Assembly (NCBI GenBank): GCA_903828975.1
Contig: CAIKOD010000038.1
Location: 3,187 to 67,186 of the forward strand
Origin: an uncultured Methanomicrobiales archaeon
GTDB lineage: Archaea; Halobacteriota; Methanomicrobia; Methanomicrobiales; Methanospirillaceae
Direction: 5' to 3'
DNA: 64,000 nucleotides
Below, piece by piece: positions 9,539 through 20,037 of this stretch (its first letter is position 1; each line of letters opens with the position of its first letter). The notes below the pieces were generated by a model. The model worked only from the letters and a program-made list of their open reading frames with translations, was not told the DNA's origin and did no database searches. Both the position numbers and the translations under genes were made by a program.

Positions 9539-9728
9539 CAGTTTGACTAAAACCCGGTAAAAAGCACAAGCAGGTAAAAAACCGGCCTGATTTCACATTG
9601 CAGCAATTTTTTCTGTGGAAAAGAACAGGCACGCCCTGTTTGACCATAAGTGCTATTACAGAGTATACCCAGATTATCTATTAGGGTATAGAATTTCATG
9701 AGTTTTTAATCGTTCAGGGGAGATTGCG

Positions 9729-12689
9729 ATGAATGACCCACCGTTGGATGAAAATGAAAATGTAACTGACATATTCATTTTGAGTACTGATGAAACGACG
9801 GTTCTTTTCCTTAAGGAGAACCTGGAACAGAGGGATTACCGTGTTACGGTTTTTACCGACGGTGCACAACTCAACGAAACTCTTCGTACAGGAAAACCAA
9901 ACCTCCTTATCTGTGACAGTTCGACCGAAGAAGAGGAGGGATTTGAAGTCTGCAGCCAGATCAAGGCTGACGAAGACCTCTGGTCTATTCCGGTCCTTAT
10001 TCTTACCGCTGCATCCACCATTGAGGGCCTCCTGGAGGTCCTTGACAGTAATGCCGATAATTTCATCGCGCCGCCCTATGATCTCCCTGATCACGTCCTG
10101 CTCATTGAAAGTATGCTCGCAACTCCTGTTGAGCGGCAGACTCCTGAACAGGTTAAAAAGCAGTTTAAGGTCAGCCATGACGACAGGACCTACGTTGTTG
10201 CTGCCAATAGGAGAAAACTCCTCGAATATCTTCTTTCGGCATTTGAGATCATGGTTAATAAATCCCAAACATTATCGCACGTAACGTCAGAACTCCGGGA
10301 ACGTTCTGAATCTGCAAGAGAACTGGAAAGGACTGTATCCGGGCAGCTCCAGGCCATCCAAACAATAAATGCGACGGTCCGGCAGAAAGAAGAAAAAATT
10401 ATCGCATTGACACGGCAGTGCGAGGAGCTGGAGAAGAGACTGGTACAAAAAACTGATGAGATCGAAAACCTTGTTCAGGAACGCGATGGTGATAAGAGTC
10501 TCATCAGCACCCATGATGAGACCATCCGCACCATGACCCTGGAACGAGAGGAGGTCCAGATTGCTCACCGTTTACAAACCGACGCACTCACCAGTCAGAT
10601 CTCCACTCTCACGGCAGAATCCGGTGCCCAAAAAACAAGTCTTGATACCGTGCAGCACGCACTGGGCGAGGAAACAACCCGTAGAGAGGCCCTTCAGAAG
10701 GCGCTCAGCGGTCTCACGTCCGAACGCGAGCAGCTGAAAACGGCCCTTGCTGCAGAAAAAGCCCGCGCAATATCTGCAGAACATGAAGTACAGGCGGTGA
10801 CTAAGGCAAAAGCGCAGTCTGCACAAGACCTGGCCCGGGCAATTACTGGTCTTGAGGAGACCTCAAAACAACAGGCTTCAGAGCTGACCCGGTTGAAGAG
10901 TGAACTGGAAGCGGAAACAAATCGCCGTGTTCTGACAGAAAACCAGGTGGTCTCACTCCAGCGGGAATTTGAACAATCTGAATTATCATATCGTTCTGAA
11001 ATCGAAACACTCAACCAGCAGGTTGGTACCCTGAAGGAAGCGCTTACGGCTTCGTCTGCGGCACTGGAAAAGGAAGAGAATACCACAAAATTACAAAAAG
11101 AGCGTCTTTCTGGAGTGATTGCAGAAAAGGAGAAAACCGAAGACCGGTTAGTATCCATATCAGCCGAACTCGCACAAGCCCGGTCTGCAGTTGCGTCCGG
11201 GGAACAGCAGATACAATCCCTGTCAGACAATCTTGAAGAAGCCGGTGCAGAGAAGGAAAAATCAGAACAAAAAGCAAAAACCCTGTCCGCTGCATTAGAA
11301 AAAGCACAGGATGAGATCGAAGCAGAGAGAGGCCAGCGCCGTACTATTGAAGAAACCCTTGACAGGACAACCCTCGAACATAACAATGCCTTCGGCTCCT
11401 TGCGCCAGGAATACGAGGATGTAAAGGCCGATCTTGACTTACGAAACGTGACTCTTGCACAACGGGAACGCGATCTTGATGCACTAACTGCAATCCGCGT
11501 AACGCTTGAAAAAGATCTGGATGTTGCAAGGACCAGGAACCAGGCACTCGGGAATGAGCTGAGTACGGCAGCACAGGAGTGGGGCCAGTCAGGAGAACAG
11601 GTGCAAACCCTTTCTGATGAACTGGAACAGGTGAACGCAGCACTTGAAACCGAACAGGGACTGCGAAGGACCGCTGAAGAAAAAGCGACAGTTGCGGCAG
11701 AGCGACAGGAAGACCTCGGACAGCAGCTCCGTATTGCGCATGATGAGATGGAACGTGCGAAACAAGATCATATTTTAAATACCCGGCAATTTAAAGAAGA
11801 ACTCGAAATCGCCGGTAACCAGATAAAATCCCTTGAAGCACATGTCAGTAAACTTGCAAGGGAAAAATTACACGTTGAACAGGAGGTCCAGACACTCACC
11901 TCTGAACTCGAACATGCCAGGACCTCGCTCGCTGATCAGCGTAAAAGCCATTCCGGCATTAATGGGGGAGATGCGGCTCCTGGCAATGAACGGTCCCCGG
12001 TGCAGCAGCCCCTCTTCCGGACAGATGAGGAGATTACCCCGATAGAGGAGGTTCAACTGGTCCTGTCAAAAGAGCAGGATCTCCCCGTGCCTGAGGGGCA
12101 CCTGTCTCACCTGGTCACCGGGGACAGTACTCCCGGATTGCAACAATCCCCGGTCCCACTAAAGGACCCGGCTTCCGGTGATATCCCCCGGGTATTCTCT
12201 GGTGTGATTCCCAGGGTGTCGGGGATTTCCGGTGCTGATGGCCTGTTTCCGGAACATGAACCCGCAGCAAAAAAGGCGGGTCCTGCACCAGTACCTGTAA
12301 AACCAAATGGACCAGCAGAAGAGGAAACCATCGGGGGACCTTCACCCGAAGGACCCCCTGCTGCGGATGATGGTCCTCAACCTGAAAAAGAGGCGGTGGA
12401 AGGACCGGAAAACCTCATAACCAGAGTACAATACGAGGGGCAATCCGATGAGACTCCTGAAGAAACAGGTGGGCCTGTTCCCAGCGGCGATATTTCATTT
12501 AACCGCAACCAGTGGCTTGACCTCCTCAAGTGGTCCCACCATTCGGACTCACTGTCCCAGGAACAGCGGCTTAGAATTGTCAGGATGGGCAGGCTGATCC
12601 AGAAAGACAGGAAACTGACGAACAAACAACAGGACCAGGTCAGGGAGATTCTTGCGTTCGTCTACTCGCTTGGGTACCGCCCTACGTAA
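9729..12689 (+). CDS. Receiver-like (degenerate CheY-like) domain fused to a ~600-aa coiled coil, a Pro-rich linker and a small C-terminal domain
   Basis: 986-aa ORF. The N-terminal ~125 aa has REC topology with LLICDSS (Asp) and ILTAAS (Thr). It has FIAPPYD where the canonical motif is K-P. The heptad-rich E/Q/K/R/L sequence carries a recurring (L/I)E(A/T)E..RR..E motif. Confidence 0.8.
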   Translation: MNDPPLDENENVTDIFILSTDETTVLFLKENLEQRDYRVTVFTDGAQLNETLRTGKPNLLICDSSTEEEEGFEVCSQIKADEDLWSIPVLILTAASTIEGLLEVLDSNADNFIAPPYDLPDHVLLIESMLATPVERQTPEQVKKQFKVSHDDRTYVVAANRRKLLEYLLSAFEIMVNKSQTLSHVTSELRERSESARELERTVSGQLQAIQTINATVRQKEEKIIALTRQCEELEKRLVQKTDEIENLVQERDGDKSLISTHDETIRTMTLEREEVQIAHRLQTDALTSQISTLTAESGAQKTSLDTVQHALGEETTRREALQKALSGLTSEREQLKTALAAEKARAISAEHEVQAVTKAKAQSAQDLARAITGLEETSKQQASELTRLKSELEAETNRRVLTENQVVSLQREFEQSELSYRSEIETLNQQVGTLKEALTASSAALEKEENTTKLQKERLSGVIAEKEKTEDRLVSISAELAQARSAVASGEQQIQSLSDNLEEAGAEKEKSEQKAKTLSAALEKAQDEIEAERGQRRTIEETLDRTTLEHNNAFGSLRQEYEDVKADLDLRNVTLAQRERDLDALTAIRVTLEKDLDVARTRNQALGNELSTAAQEWGQSGEQVQTLSDELEQVNAALETEQGLRRTAEEKATVAAERQEDLGQQLRIAHDEMERAKQDHILNTRQFKEELEIAGNQIKSLEAHVSKLAREKLHVEQEVQTLTSELEHARTSLADQRKSHSGINGGDAAPGNERSPVQQPLFRTDEEITPIEEVQLVLSKEQDLPVPEGHLSHLVTGDSTPGLQQSPVPLKDPASGDIPRVFSGVIPRVSGISGADGLFPEHEPAAKKAGPAPVPVKPNGPAEEETIGGPSPEGPPAADDGPQPEKEAVEGPENLITRVQYEGQSDETPEETGGPVPSGDISFNRNQWLDLLKWSHHSDSLSQEQRLRIVRMGRLIQKDRKLTNKQQDQVREILAFVYSLGYRPT

Positions 12690-12695
12690 TAATCA

Positions 12696-12701
12696 TTTTT
12701 T
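12696..12701 (+). terminator. Oligo-T tract after the coiled-coil gene
   Basis: A T6 run lies 7 nt after the stop codon. Archaeal intrinsic terminators are oligo-T tracts. Confidence 0.3.
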
Positions 12702-12914
12702 CCGGCGGCTATGAAAAACTCTGGGAAACCCTCACACCGGCAGGCTTTTCCTACTCATCTATGAGCCGATGGCTCACAGCACGCATACCAATACTGTCTG
12801 TTATCGGAACATCATGATCACTACACAGGAGATTCCCATGATGGAAACTATAATAGTTTCCCCGGTTGAGAGTCCTGAAAACGCCGATTGACCGTTAGTT
12901 ATATGGATTAAAAG

Positions 12915-15680
12915 ATGATTATGCGACGAACGATTTCACTGGTGATGTGCATGGCACTTCTTATCCTGGTTGTCCCGACACTGGGAGAAGCATTGCAGGA
13001 CGTCCCGCCCGGTGGCACGGTATTCATCGGTGAACAGGACCTGAATTTAACAGGACTCCCGTCAGGGACTACACTTACCTGGTATACCGGCACCCAGGTC
13101 GTGGGCCGGAGTGCCCCATCCGCTACCATAACGATTGGAGACAACGCCAGTTTTTATGTATCCCCTTCTGAATTTGCAAGACGCACAGGAAACTGGTACA
13201 TTGGGAACAGTGATCAGGTAGGATTTGCCGTCTGCGACCCCTCGCAGACAATTTCAGTCTACGACCAGGAGTCAGGTAGCGATAGTACCAACAAGAGTGC
13301 CACATCAGGTGATTTCCTGGCGTTCCGCATTGAAACAACGTTGAATATCATCCCGGTACAGCGGCCTGGTGCGGATGGTTTCTTAACCATCAGGGTGAGG
13401 GCCCCTGATGGGACCATATTTACCCGGCTCTACCAGGATGAAACTACCCTCCTTGATCTGGCAGACCTCGCACCGGATGCGATGCCGTGGTACTGGGTAC
13501 CAGTTGAAAAAGGCAGTGAGGATGGATGGTCTACCGGCTTCCGCGGCCCTGAACATAACCTTGCATATCCATCAGGCCTTTACACATTCTGGACGGAATC
13601 CAACCTGAACGGAATGAAGGACAACTATAAGGATATATCCGGCAATGATTTCACCGGCAGGACCGTCTCTGCAGTCCATAATGTCACGATAGAATCCAGT
13701 TCCGTCCGTATTGAGGTCAGCAACGAAACGGTTGTCCGGGGTGATGCATTTACCGTGACCATCAAAGGCAAGCCGGATAGTGCCTATTATCTCTGGGTCA
13801 AGGACACGAACTCCATGAGTGGCATGGCAGGGGACCAGCCCCCAAGCCTGATTCTCTCGCAGGAGGGTGTCAGGATGGACCCGAAGGGCGGGCCATGGCC
13901 AATAGGCCAGTATGTATCCGGGGGTTCGACCCGGACGATCCAGCAGGACGTCGCACAGTTTTACGGCCGTGAAAATGTAAGGGGAGTAGTGTACTATGCC
14001 TCCGTAACCCTTGACAGCAACGGAAACCGCACCGTGGGGTTTTCAACTACGGTGAATACCAAAGATGACGATTATACAATCCAGGTAGAGCGTCCGGAAC
14101 CATATGACCCGCCGGCATCAGACACCGGCCCGGGCAGGACGTTTCGGTCCGGGGACGTCGATATTTCTGTTGAAAAAGGAGATGTGGAAGTGGAAAGCCA
14201 GTCTGCCGTGAGAGGTGCCCGGACTTATTTCCTCGGCGAAGAGATCACCCTTGCCGGCACGAGTTCAGGATCCAACTTCACCTACCTGTTCATCACCGGT
14301 CCGAACCTGCCAAAAAACGGTGGGCAGATGACCGGACCGGGAACGCCATTCGACGTGGATAATCCGGAAACCTTTGCCAGGGCGGAGGTTATTAACAAAG
14401 AATGGGAATATCTCTGGCAGACCGCGAACCTCAACATTGATTCGGGGGCATACACCATCTACGCAGTTGCTGCTCCGGTCGACAAGGCATTCCTCACCGT
14501 TACCGAATATTCAACCGTATCAGTCATCATAAAGAAGCCATTCGTCAGTGCACAGGTGTCACCTTCTGTCGTAGCATCGGGTGACAAGTTGTTCATCCGT
14601 GGCATTGCTGCGGGCCAGCCTGAGAATGGTGTCGCGGTCTGGATATTCGGAAAGAACAGGGTGATCTACCAGACCCCGGGTGTCAATAGTGACGGTACCT
14701 TCGAGCAGGAAATTTCCCCGGGCACAACGAATGACATGGCTGCAGGCCAGTACTTCGTTGTTGTGCACCACCCGATGTATAACGAAGTATTCGACGTCTG
14801 GCCCACGTCTTCAGTGGCAGGTTATAACAACAAAGACCTTGTAGCAGGCAGCTACCCGGTGTATGGGAACACCCTGTTCCGGTTACAGGGTGAAGGCAGC
14901 CTCCAGGGGCCCGATGCAGCAGATGCACTTGTCCAGGCCCTCAACAACCAGGCTATTGATGACATTTACGCGAAGCTCCAGTTCCTTGTTGAAGTCCCTC
15001 ATATAGCGATTCTCCCGGTAGAGGAGAAACAGGTTGGCGACAGGTTCACGCTTGCGGGTACTACGAATCTTGCAATCGACGATACGATCCTCGTTGAGGT
15101 TATTTCCTCGTCATTCGAGCCAACCACGAAGACAGGGAGTGGAGAATTCGGCGGGATATCCGGGACCGTAATGGTCCGGAAGGGGACAGATGGCCTTAAC
15201 ACGTGGGCATTCCCCGTCGATACAGCGGCGTTCCGGCCCGATGAGTACATCGTTTCGGTATCAGGAGTAACGGTTGATGCACAGGCATCAACACGGTTCA
15301 ATCTAGTCGAATTCAACCCGGAAACACACAGGACCGTTGCGCCCGAAGAGGTGAACCTGACTGGACCAGATACCTCGATCAACGACACAACACCCGCGGA
15401 CTCAGCAACGGGTGACGAGGATCCTGGTCCAGGTTCTAACAAAATCAGTGTCAGCGCAAAGTCATCACGCCTGGCCAGTGTCATCGGGTCCAAACCAGCA
15501 ACCGTTCCTGTCACCGTGACAACCACTCCGCAGGTCATCAATATAACAACCACCGTACTTCCCGCCAGGACGACCTCCCCAGCTACCCGGCCAACCGCCC
15601 AGCCCGGATTTGGTACCGTGATTGCCCTGATAAGTCTCGGTATGGCTGCATTCCATGTTGTGCGGGAACACAGAACATAA
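12915..15680 (+). CDS. S-layer / surface glycoprotein with PGF-CTERM sorting signal
   Basis: Signal peptide and many N-x-S/T sequons, followed by a T/P-rich linker. The C-terminal PGFGTVIALISLGMAAFHVVREHRT is the PGF motif plus a TM helix and basic tail. The N-terminal domain is paralogous to 28360-29343. Confidence 0.85.
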   Translation: MIMRRTISLVMCMALLILVVPTLGEALQDVPPGGTVFIGEQDLNLTGLPSGTTLTWYTGTQVVGRSAPSATITIGDNASFYVSPSEFARRTGNWYIGNSDQVGFAVCDPSQTISVYDQESGSDSTNKSATSGDFLAFRIETTLNIIPVQRPGADGFLTIRVRAPDGTIFTRLYQDETTLLDLADLAPDAMPWYWVPVEKGSEDGWSTGFRGPEHNLAYPSGLYTFWTESNLNGMKDNYKDISGNDFTGRTVSAVHNVTIESSSVRIEVSNETVVRGDAFTVTIKGKPDSAYYLWVKDTNSMSGMAGDQPPSLILSQEGVRMDPKGGPWPIGQYVSGGSTRTIQQDVAQFYGRENVRGVVYYASVTLDSNGNRTVGFSTTVNTKDDDYTIQVERPEPYDPPASDTGPGRTFRSGDVDISVEKGDVEVESQSAVRGARTYFLGEEITLAGTSSGSNFTYLFITGPNLPKNGGQMTGPGTPFDVDNPETFARAEVINKEWEYLWQTANLNIDSGAYTIYAVAAPVDKAFLTVTEYSTVSVIIKKPFVSAQVSPSVVASGDKLFIRGIAAGQPENGVAVWIFGKNRVIYQTPGVNSDGTFEQEISPGTTNDMAAGQYFVVVHHPMYNEVFDVWPTSSVAGYNNKDLVAGSYPVYGNTLFRLQGEGSLQGPDAADALVQALNNQAIDDIYAKLQFLVEVPHIAILPVEEKQVGDRFTLAGTTNLAIDDTILVEVISSSFEPTTKTGSGEFGGISGTVMVRKGTDGLNTWAFPVDTAAFRPDEYIVSVSGVTVDAQASTRFNLVEFNPETHRTVAPEEVNLTGPDTSINDTTPADSATGDEDPGPGSNKISVSAKSSRLASVIGSKPATVPVTVTTTPQVINITTTVLPARTTSPATRPTAQPGFGTVIALISLGMAAFHVVREHRT

Positions 15681-15685
15681 CAACA

Positions 15686-16165
15686 TTGAGGTCTTTTTTA
15701 CTGATTACGGACTTGTCAGATAGTAACCAGAATTACGCTACATGTTGGACCGTATGGCAATACCGATACCTATTTTCATGCACCCTGCATCTTGATACTA
15801 CCGTGTTACATCTGGATAATGATCAGGCAATACCAAAACGTATTGAAACAGGGACTTCGGATGGGGATAATCTCGGTTTTACCGAAGAATTGTTCTCCGG
15901 CTGGCTGGAGCTCTACAAAGACACCCGCCTTTATCTCTATTATATAATATCCCGGTGTAAAAACGAAGGCAATACCCGGAACCTTATCAGGCGGTGGATT
16001 TCAGAAGGCTATGATGTGCGAATTGTAAAACCTTCAAATATTATGCAGCATATTCTCGGGGAGTTCGGGTATGTAGGTTCATATGAAAAGCTGTCCCGCC
16101 ACTATGATGGTGAAGTAGAAGTCTGGCACAGGCCGTTCCTCCCACACCCTTTGACAGAATTGTGA
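15686..16165 (+). CDS. Hypothetical protein (start uncertain)
   Basis: 159-codon ORF opening with TTG and with no internal ATG until near the end. Its 5' part overlaps the putative terminator. No recognisable motifs. Confidence 0.3.
   Translation: MRSFLLITDLSDSNQNYATCWTVWQYRYLFSCTLHLDTTVLHLDNDQAIPKRIETGTSDGDNLGFTEELFSGWLELYKDTRLYLYYIISRCKNEGNTRNLIRRWISEGYDVRIVKPSNIMQHILGEFGYVGSYEKLSRHYDGEVEVWHRPFLPHPLTEL
15694..15699 (+). terminator. Oligo-T tract after the S-layer gene
   Basis: A T6 run lies 14 nt downstream of the TAA. Confidence 0.3.
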
Positions 16166-16365
16166 ATTGAACCTGCATGAACCGATCATTTCTGGTCTGA
16201 CAGAAAACACCTAATACATTTTTTTAATCGTCCCATGTTACGTTCCCGGCTGTATCGCAATACCTTTTCCAAATCCCAAACTATTCCACTTATTTTTACA
16301 TCATGATTTTCCGAATAAGGGTAAAAAAACCGCCCCAAGGATTAAAGCCCGGCTATTGCCAATAA

Positions 16366-16803
16366 ATGAAGGGACTTATCATGAACATTTATACCGTCTG
16401 CCAGAATAATGTCATTAGTGTCACGCCTGATACTACCGTGAAATTCGTTGCCGATTTGATGAAGGAGAAAAATATCGGGTGTGTGGTGATCGCGGAGAAT
16501 AATAAGCCGGTAGGGATCGTTACCGACCGTGATTTTGCAATCCGCGGAGGGTACCTCTGCGAGGAGGAGGAGACCCGGCTGATATCCGAAATTATGACCG
16601 AGGATGTCAGGACTATCCGTAAGGATACTGATGTTTTTGATGCGATCCAGGAGATGAAATCCTCAGGTGTCCGTCGCTTACCCGTGGTAGACATGGGTGG
16701 GAGGCTTGTCGGACTCATTACCCTCGATGATATTATCCGCCTCCTGGCACGCGAGCTCGGTGAAATTGCCCGGATAATCGGGAAAGAAAGCCCGAAGATC
16801 TGA
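16366..16803 (+). CDS. CBS-domain pair protein
   Basis: Two CBS units (VISVTPDTTV...GCVVIAE..VGIVTDRD and IMTEDVRTI...RRLPVVD..LVGLITLDDI). Confidence 0.8.
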   Translation: MKGLIMNIYTVCQNNVISVTPDTTVKFVADLMKEKNIGCVVIAENNKPVGIVTDRDFAIRGGYLCEEEETRLISEIMTEDVRTIRKDTDVFDAIQEMKSSGVRRLPVVDMGGRLVGLITLDDIIRLLARELGEIARIIGKESPKI

Positions 16804-16988
16804 TTTCGCTTACTTTTTTTCTTCTTCCCAGCGGGAAGTGGAATAGTGGCATGAATTACCTTGTAAACAGGCGATGGGAAGTCGTAACCCCTGGTTTTCC
16901 CAGCGGAAAACGTGCCCTGTTGTACGGCGGGATCAGGTAAACCAGGAAGAATCGATAGTTTCCAGGGCCTGATAACAGAGAACGAATC

Positions 16989-18764
16989 TTATTCGGCACT
17001 CTTCCCGCGAGGTTCATCCTGAGGTTCGGGAATCAGCCCTGTTTTCTCCTTCGGCTTTACCTGGATCTCGTGAACGAACCGTGTCCCGCCAATCGCAGAT
17101 AATATTGCAGAGATGATGGAAAGCAGGGCCCCGATGACGAAGGAAATCCGAAGTGACGGCATGAAGGCCAACGCAAGGGTTGTCGGGAACCAGGTTGTGC
17201 CAGTCAGGGTTGTTATGGCTGCGGGGCTGATCGCAGCAACGATCGATGCCGGTACTGTTACAAGGATCGCCAGGACCGGGTTGTATCCAAGGAACGCGGC
17301 AAATAATGCACCTGTAGGTGGAATTGTGCTCATAGGGAAGATCAGTTCAGGAGCCCCGGCTTCTGTAAGTGATGTAGCGAGTACCGGGGGAAACATATGT
17401 GTGAGGCTGATGATAACGATGGTGAAAAACAGGGCCATTGAGACGACCATCCCGCTGTTCTGCAGCATTGACCTCATACCCGACGCGACACCCCGGTCCT
17501 CCGGGGGAACGGAATTCATGATGGCCGCGATATTCGGCGCACCAAACATGCCGTTCCCGAGGCCCATGATCAGGAGTGCAATCGCGAAGACAGGGTATTC
17601 AAAGTTGTAGGGCAGCATGGCCAGTATCAGGAACGAGAATGCGATAAGGAGCATGCCGGACGTTGCGAACCACCGGGAACCGTATTTATCTGATAGCCAG
17701 CCAGAGAGTGGGCCCATAATAATAAACCCGGCTGTGAGTGGCAGCATGAATATCCCTGCCCAGAACGGTGTCGATTCATAGCTATAACCGTGGAGTGGCA
17801 GCCAGATGCCCTGCAACAGCATGATCAGTAGGAACATCATGCCCCCGCGGGCGAGAGCACCCAGGAACCCGGCGGTGTTTGCAAGGGAGAATATCCTGTT
17901 CTTAAAAAGGGCAAGCCTGAACATCGGGTCCTCAACCCGGCTTTCAATGATCGGGAATGCGATCAGAAGGGCGATACCAATGAACATGGATGCCTGGACC
18001 CATGGATTACCCCATCCCATCGGGTCCTGCCCGTACGGGAGAAGTGCATACGTGATACCGATCAAAAAGATGGTCAGACCGGCCACAAAGCTGATATTGC
18101 CCCATACATCGATCTTCAGACCCCGTTTCGGTAATGATGTCTCTTTGAGCTTCATGAAGGCCCATATCGTGCCCAGGATACCGACCGGTACACTGACGAG
18201 AAACACGTACCGCCAGTTGTAGAATGCGAGGATTCCACCGAGGATGAGGCCGATGAACTGGCCCGACAGGAATGCCATCATATTGAGTCCCAGGGCCTTG
18301 CCCCGTTCACCAGGCGGAAATGCATCGGTGAGGATTGCCGCACTGTTGGAAAAGGTGAACGATGCACCAACTCCCTGGACGAGACGGAACACAATCAGCT
18401 CTATGGCGCCTGCATCCCCTGTTCCCGGCGTGAGAAAAAGCAGGATGGAACCGAGGGTGAAAATGGCAAACCCGATATTGTAGAGCTTCACTCTCCCGTA
18501 CATGTCTGACAGACGGCCGAAACTGAGTAGTAGTGTTGCGGTGACGAGGCTGTACCCCATCAGAATCCAGATCAGGTACTGGAACGAGGTGAGCGGGTCG
18601 ATATTGATGCCGTTGAAGATCGCAGGCAGCGAGATGAGGATGATGCTCCCGTTCACGGAAACCATGAACATCTCGATCGTCGTTATCGAGAGCACGATCC
18701 ACTTGTATTCGATGTTTTTTTTGGCGGGTACTGTGCCGTTGCCTGCGGTTTCGTTGCTTGACAT
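16989..18764 (-). CDS. MFS transporter, DHA2 (EmrB/QacA-like, 14-TMS) family
   Basis: 591 aa and highly hydrophobic. The MFS motif A-like [11 protein letters not shown] and motif C-like region are present, and the size is typical of 14-TMS drug:H+ antiporters. Confidence 0.8.
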   Translation of the reverse strand: MSSNETAGNGTVPAKKNIEYKWIVLSITTIEMFMVSVNGSIILISLPAIFNGINIDPLTSFQYLIWILMGYSLVTATLLLSFGRLSDMYGRVKLYNIGFAIFTLGSILLFLTPGTGDAGAIELIVFRLVQGVGASFTFSNSAAILTDAFPPGERGKALGLNMMAFLSGQFIGLILGGILAFYNWRYVFLVSVPVGILGTIWAFMKLKETSLPKRGLKIDVWGNISFVAGLTIFLIGITYALLPYGQDPMGWGNPWVQASMFIGIALLIAFPIIESRVEDPMFRLALFKNRIFSLANTAGFLGALARGGMMFLLIMLLQGIWLPLHGYSYESTPFWAGIFMLPLTAGFIIMGPLSGWLSDKYGSRWFATSGMLLIAFSFLILAMLPYNFEYPVFAIALLIMGLGNGMFGAPNIAAIMNSVPPEDRGVASGMRSMLQNSGMVVSMALFFTIVIISLTHMFPPVLATSLTEAGAPELIFPMSTIPPTGALFAAFLGYNPVLAILVTVPASIVAAISPAAITTLTGTTWFPTTLALAFMPSLRISFVIGALLSIISAILSAIGGTRFVHEIQVKPKEKTGLIPEPQDEPRGKSAE

Positions 18765-19224
18765 GAGGTCGGGCTGTCCCCCGGTGTCACCCGGGAATTT
18801 TATTGAACCAGTGTAAAATATACTTTACATCGTTGGATCTTTTTGGACTATAATGTTTCTAGAAGGATTCCTTTTTCTGCCGCATTTCGCCATTTTCAGG
18901 GCCTGAAATACCAGCTGTACGGCAGATATCTCAACCAGGGATGTATTTTTTTTTTCGTTGTTTCGTGTGGGTAGATAACCTGAACTTAAGATATCAACAA
19001 ATAAAATCAAAAGACAATCAAACATTAGAATTTGAAAATCGCCCTAAATATTGGAAATACTCTGAACAATTGCGTCAACACGCAATGAACCGCCGCCGGG
19101 GAGTCCTTCGGGGGCGGCGGAACTCTCTTAATCGGGGTTTGGGGCGGAGCCCCATCAATTCATTTTTTTTACACTCTCATAGTTACCCAATCAGAATAGC
19201 GAAGAGCCATTTTTTTATGAAAAT

Positions 19225-19764
19225 TCAATCTATAGCAGAACCGGGAAGTGTTATATCGTGGTAACGACCGCTAACAAGGAGAGAACGTCCGCAAATTACT
19301 CTTTTTTTCTGTTCAAGCACGGTCATGCGGGGATAAAACCCTAACATCCGGTAAAATTTCCACGCACCTTCGTTCCCGTCGCCGACAGAGACCCGGTTCC
19401 TGACCGAACCGTTCGCGTCAAGCCATGCGAGTGCCCTGGTTACCAATGCAGAACCGATCCCCTGCGAACGGTATCTTTCTTCAACGAATATCGACTCTAT
19501 CTCGCCTGTTTTCTCCTCTGAAAGGGAACTGACACAGTACCCGATATACCGGCCTGATTCCGTGTCGAAAGCGAGGTCCAGTAGCAGAGACCCCGTCGAC
19601 GCGATCTTTTCAAAAAAGGCCTTCCGATCCTCGAAGATCATCTGCTCGTAGTGGTGCCGGAAGGTCCCCGCATTTGCGTGATGGTGTTCGTTGAGCTGAA
19701 CCCATAGAGGCCTGATCAGTTCGATGCTTGTTATGCCAGATGCCCGGTATTCAAATGGCGGCAT
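19225..19764 (-). CDS. GNAT-family N-acetyltransferase
   Basis: The acetyl-CoA binding motif RSQGIGSALV is followed by GFYP. The start is set at the internal ATG (MPPFEY..). Confidence 0.7.
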   Translation of the reverse strand: MPPFEYRASGITSIELIRPLWVQLNEHHHANAGTFRHHYEQMIFEDRKAFFEKIASTGSLLLDLAFDTESGRYIGYCVSSLSEEKTGEIESIFVEERYRSQGIGSALVTRALAWLDANGSVRNRVSVGDGNEGAWKFYRMLGFYPRMTVLEQKKRVICGRSLLVSGRYHDITLPGSAID

Positions 19765-20037
19765 TCTTACATCTGAATTAGGACATGAAAGGGGGATAAG
19801 GGTGCCGGTCAGGTGATGGCCCGTTATTGCCACTAAATTAAAATCCGGCAACGCCGGTTTGGTTGTACGGCCCGAAGATATACCGGTAGATAACTTCCGG
19901 AATATTATTTTGTAGCCATTTTGGCGAGTGTTGTAACCATCTTCCAGTTCAGCCTCCCAGAGGCATTTCGTAAACCATTTGATGTATTTCTACAAAGCCA
20001 ATAAAAAAAGAGGTGGTTCCAATCCGGTTTACCATTT

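Noticed and set aside
10287-15553. Antisense or alternate-frame ORFs within the coiled-coil and S-layer genes (for example 10694-11386, 9714-10268, 14999-15553)
   Set aside because: They are embedded in long, well-supported sense ORFs and have low-complexity composition.
18765-19224. ORFs 18825-19025 and 18941-19264, and a GC hairpin (CCGCCGCC...GGCGGCGG, about 19092-19122), in the MFS/GNAT spacer
   Set aside because: The ORFs are AT-rich, overlap each other on opposite strands and have no motifs. The GGGGCGGAGCCCC piece looks like another decayed fragment of the family-1 core, but the similarity is too short to call.
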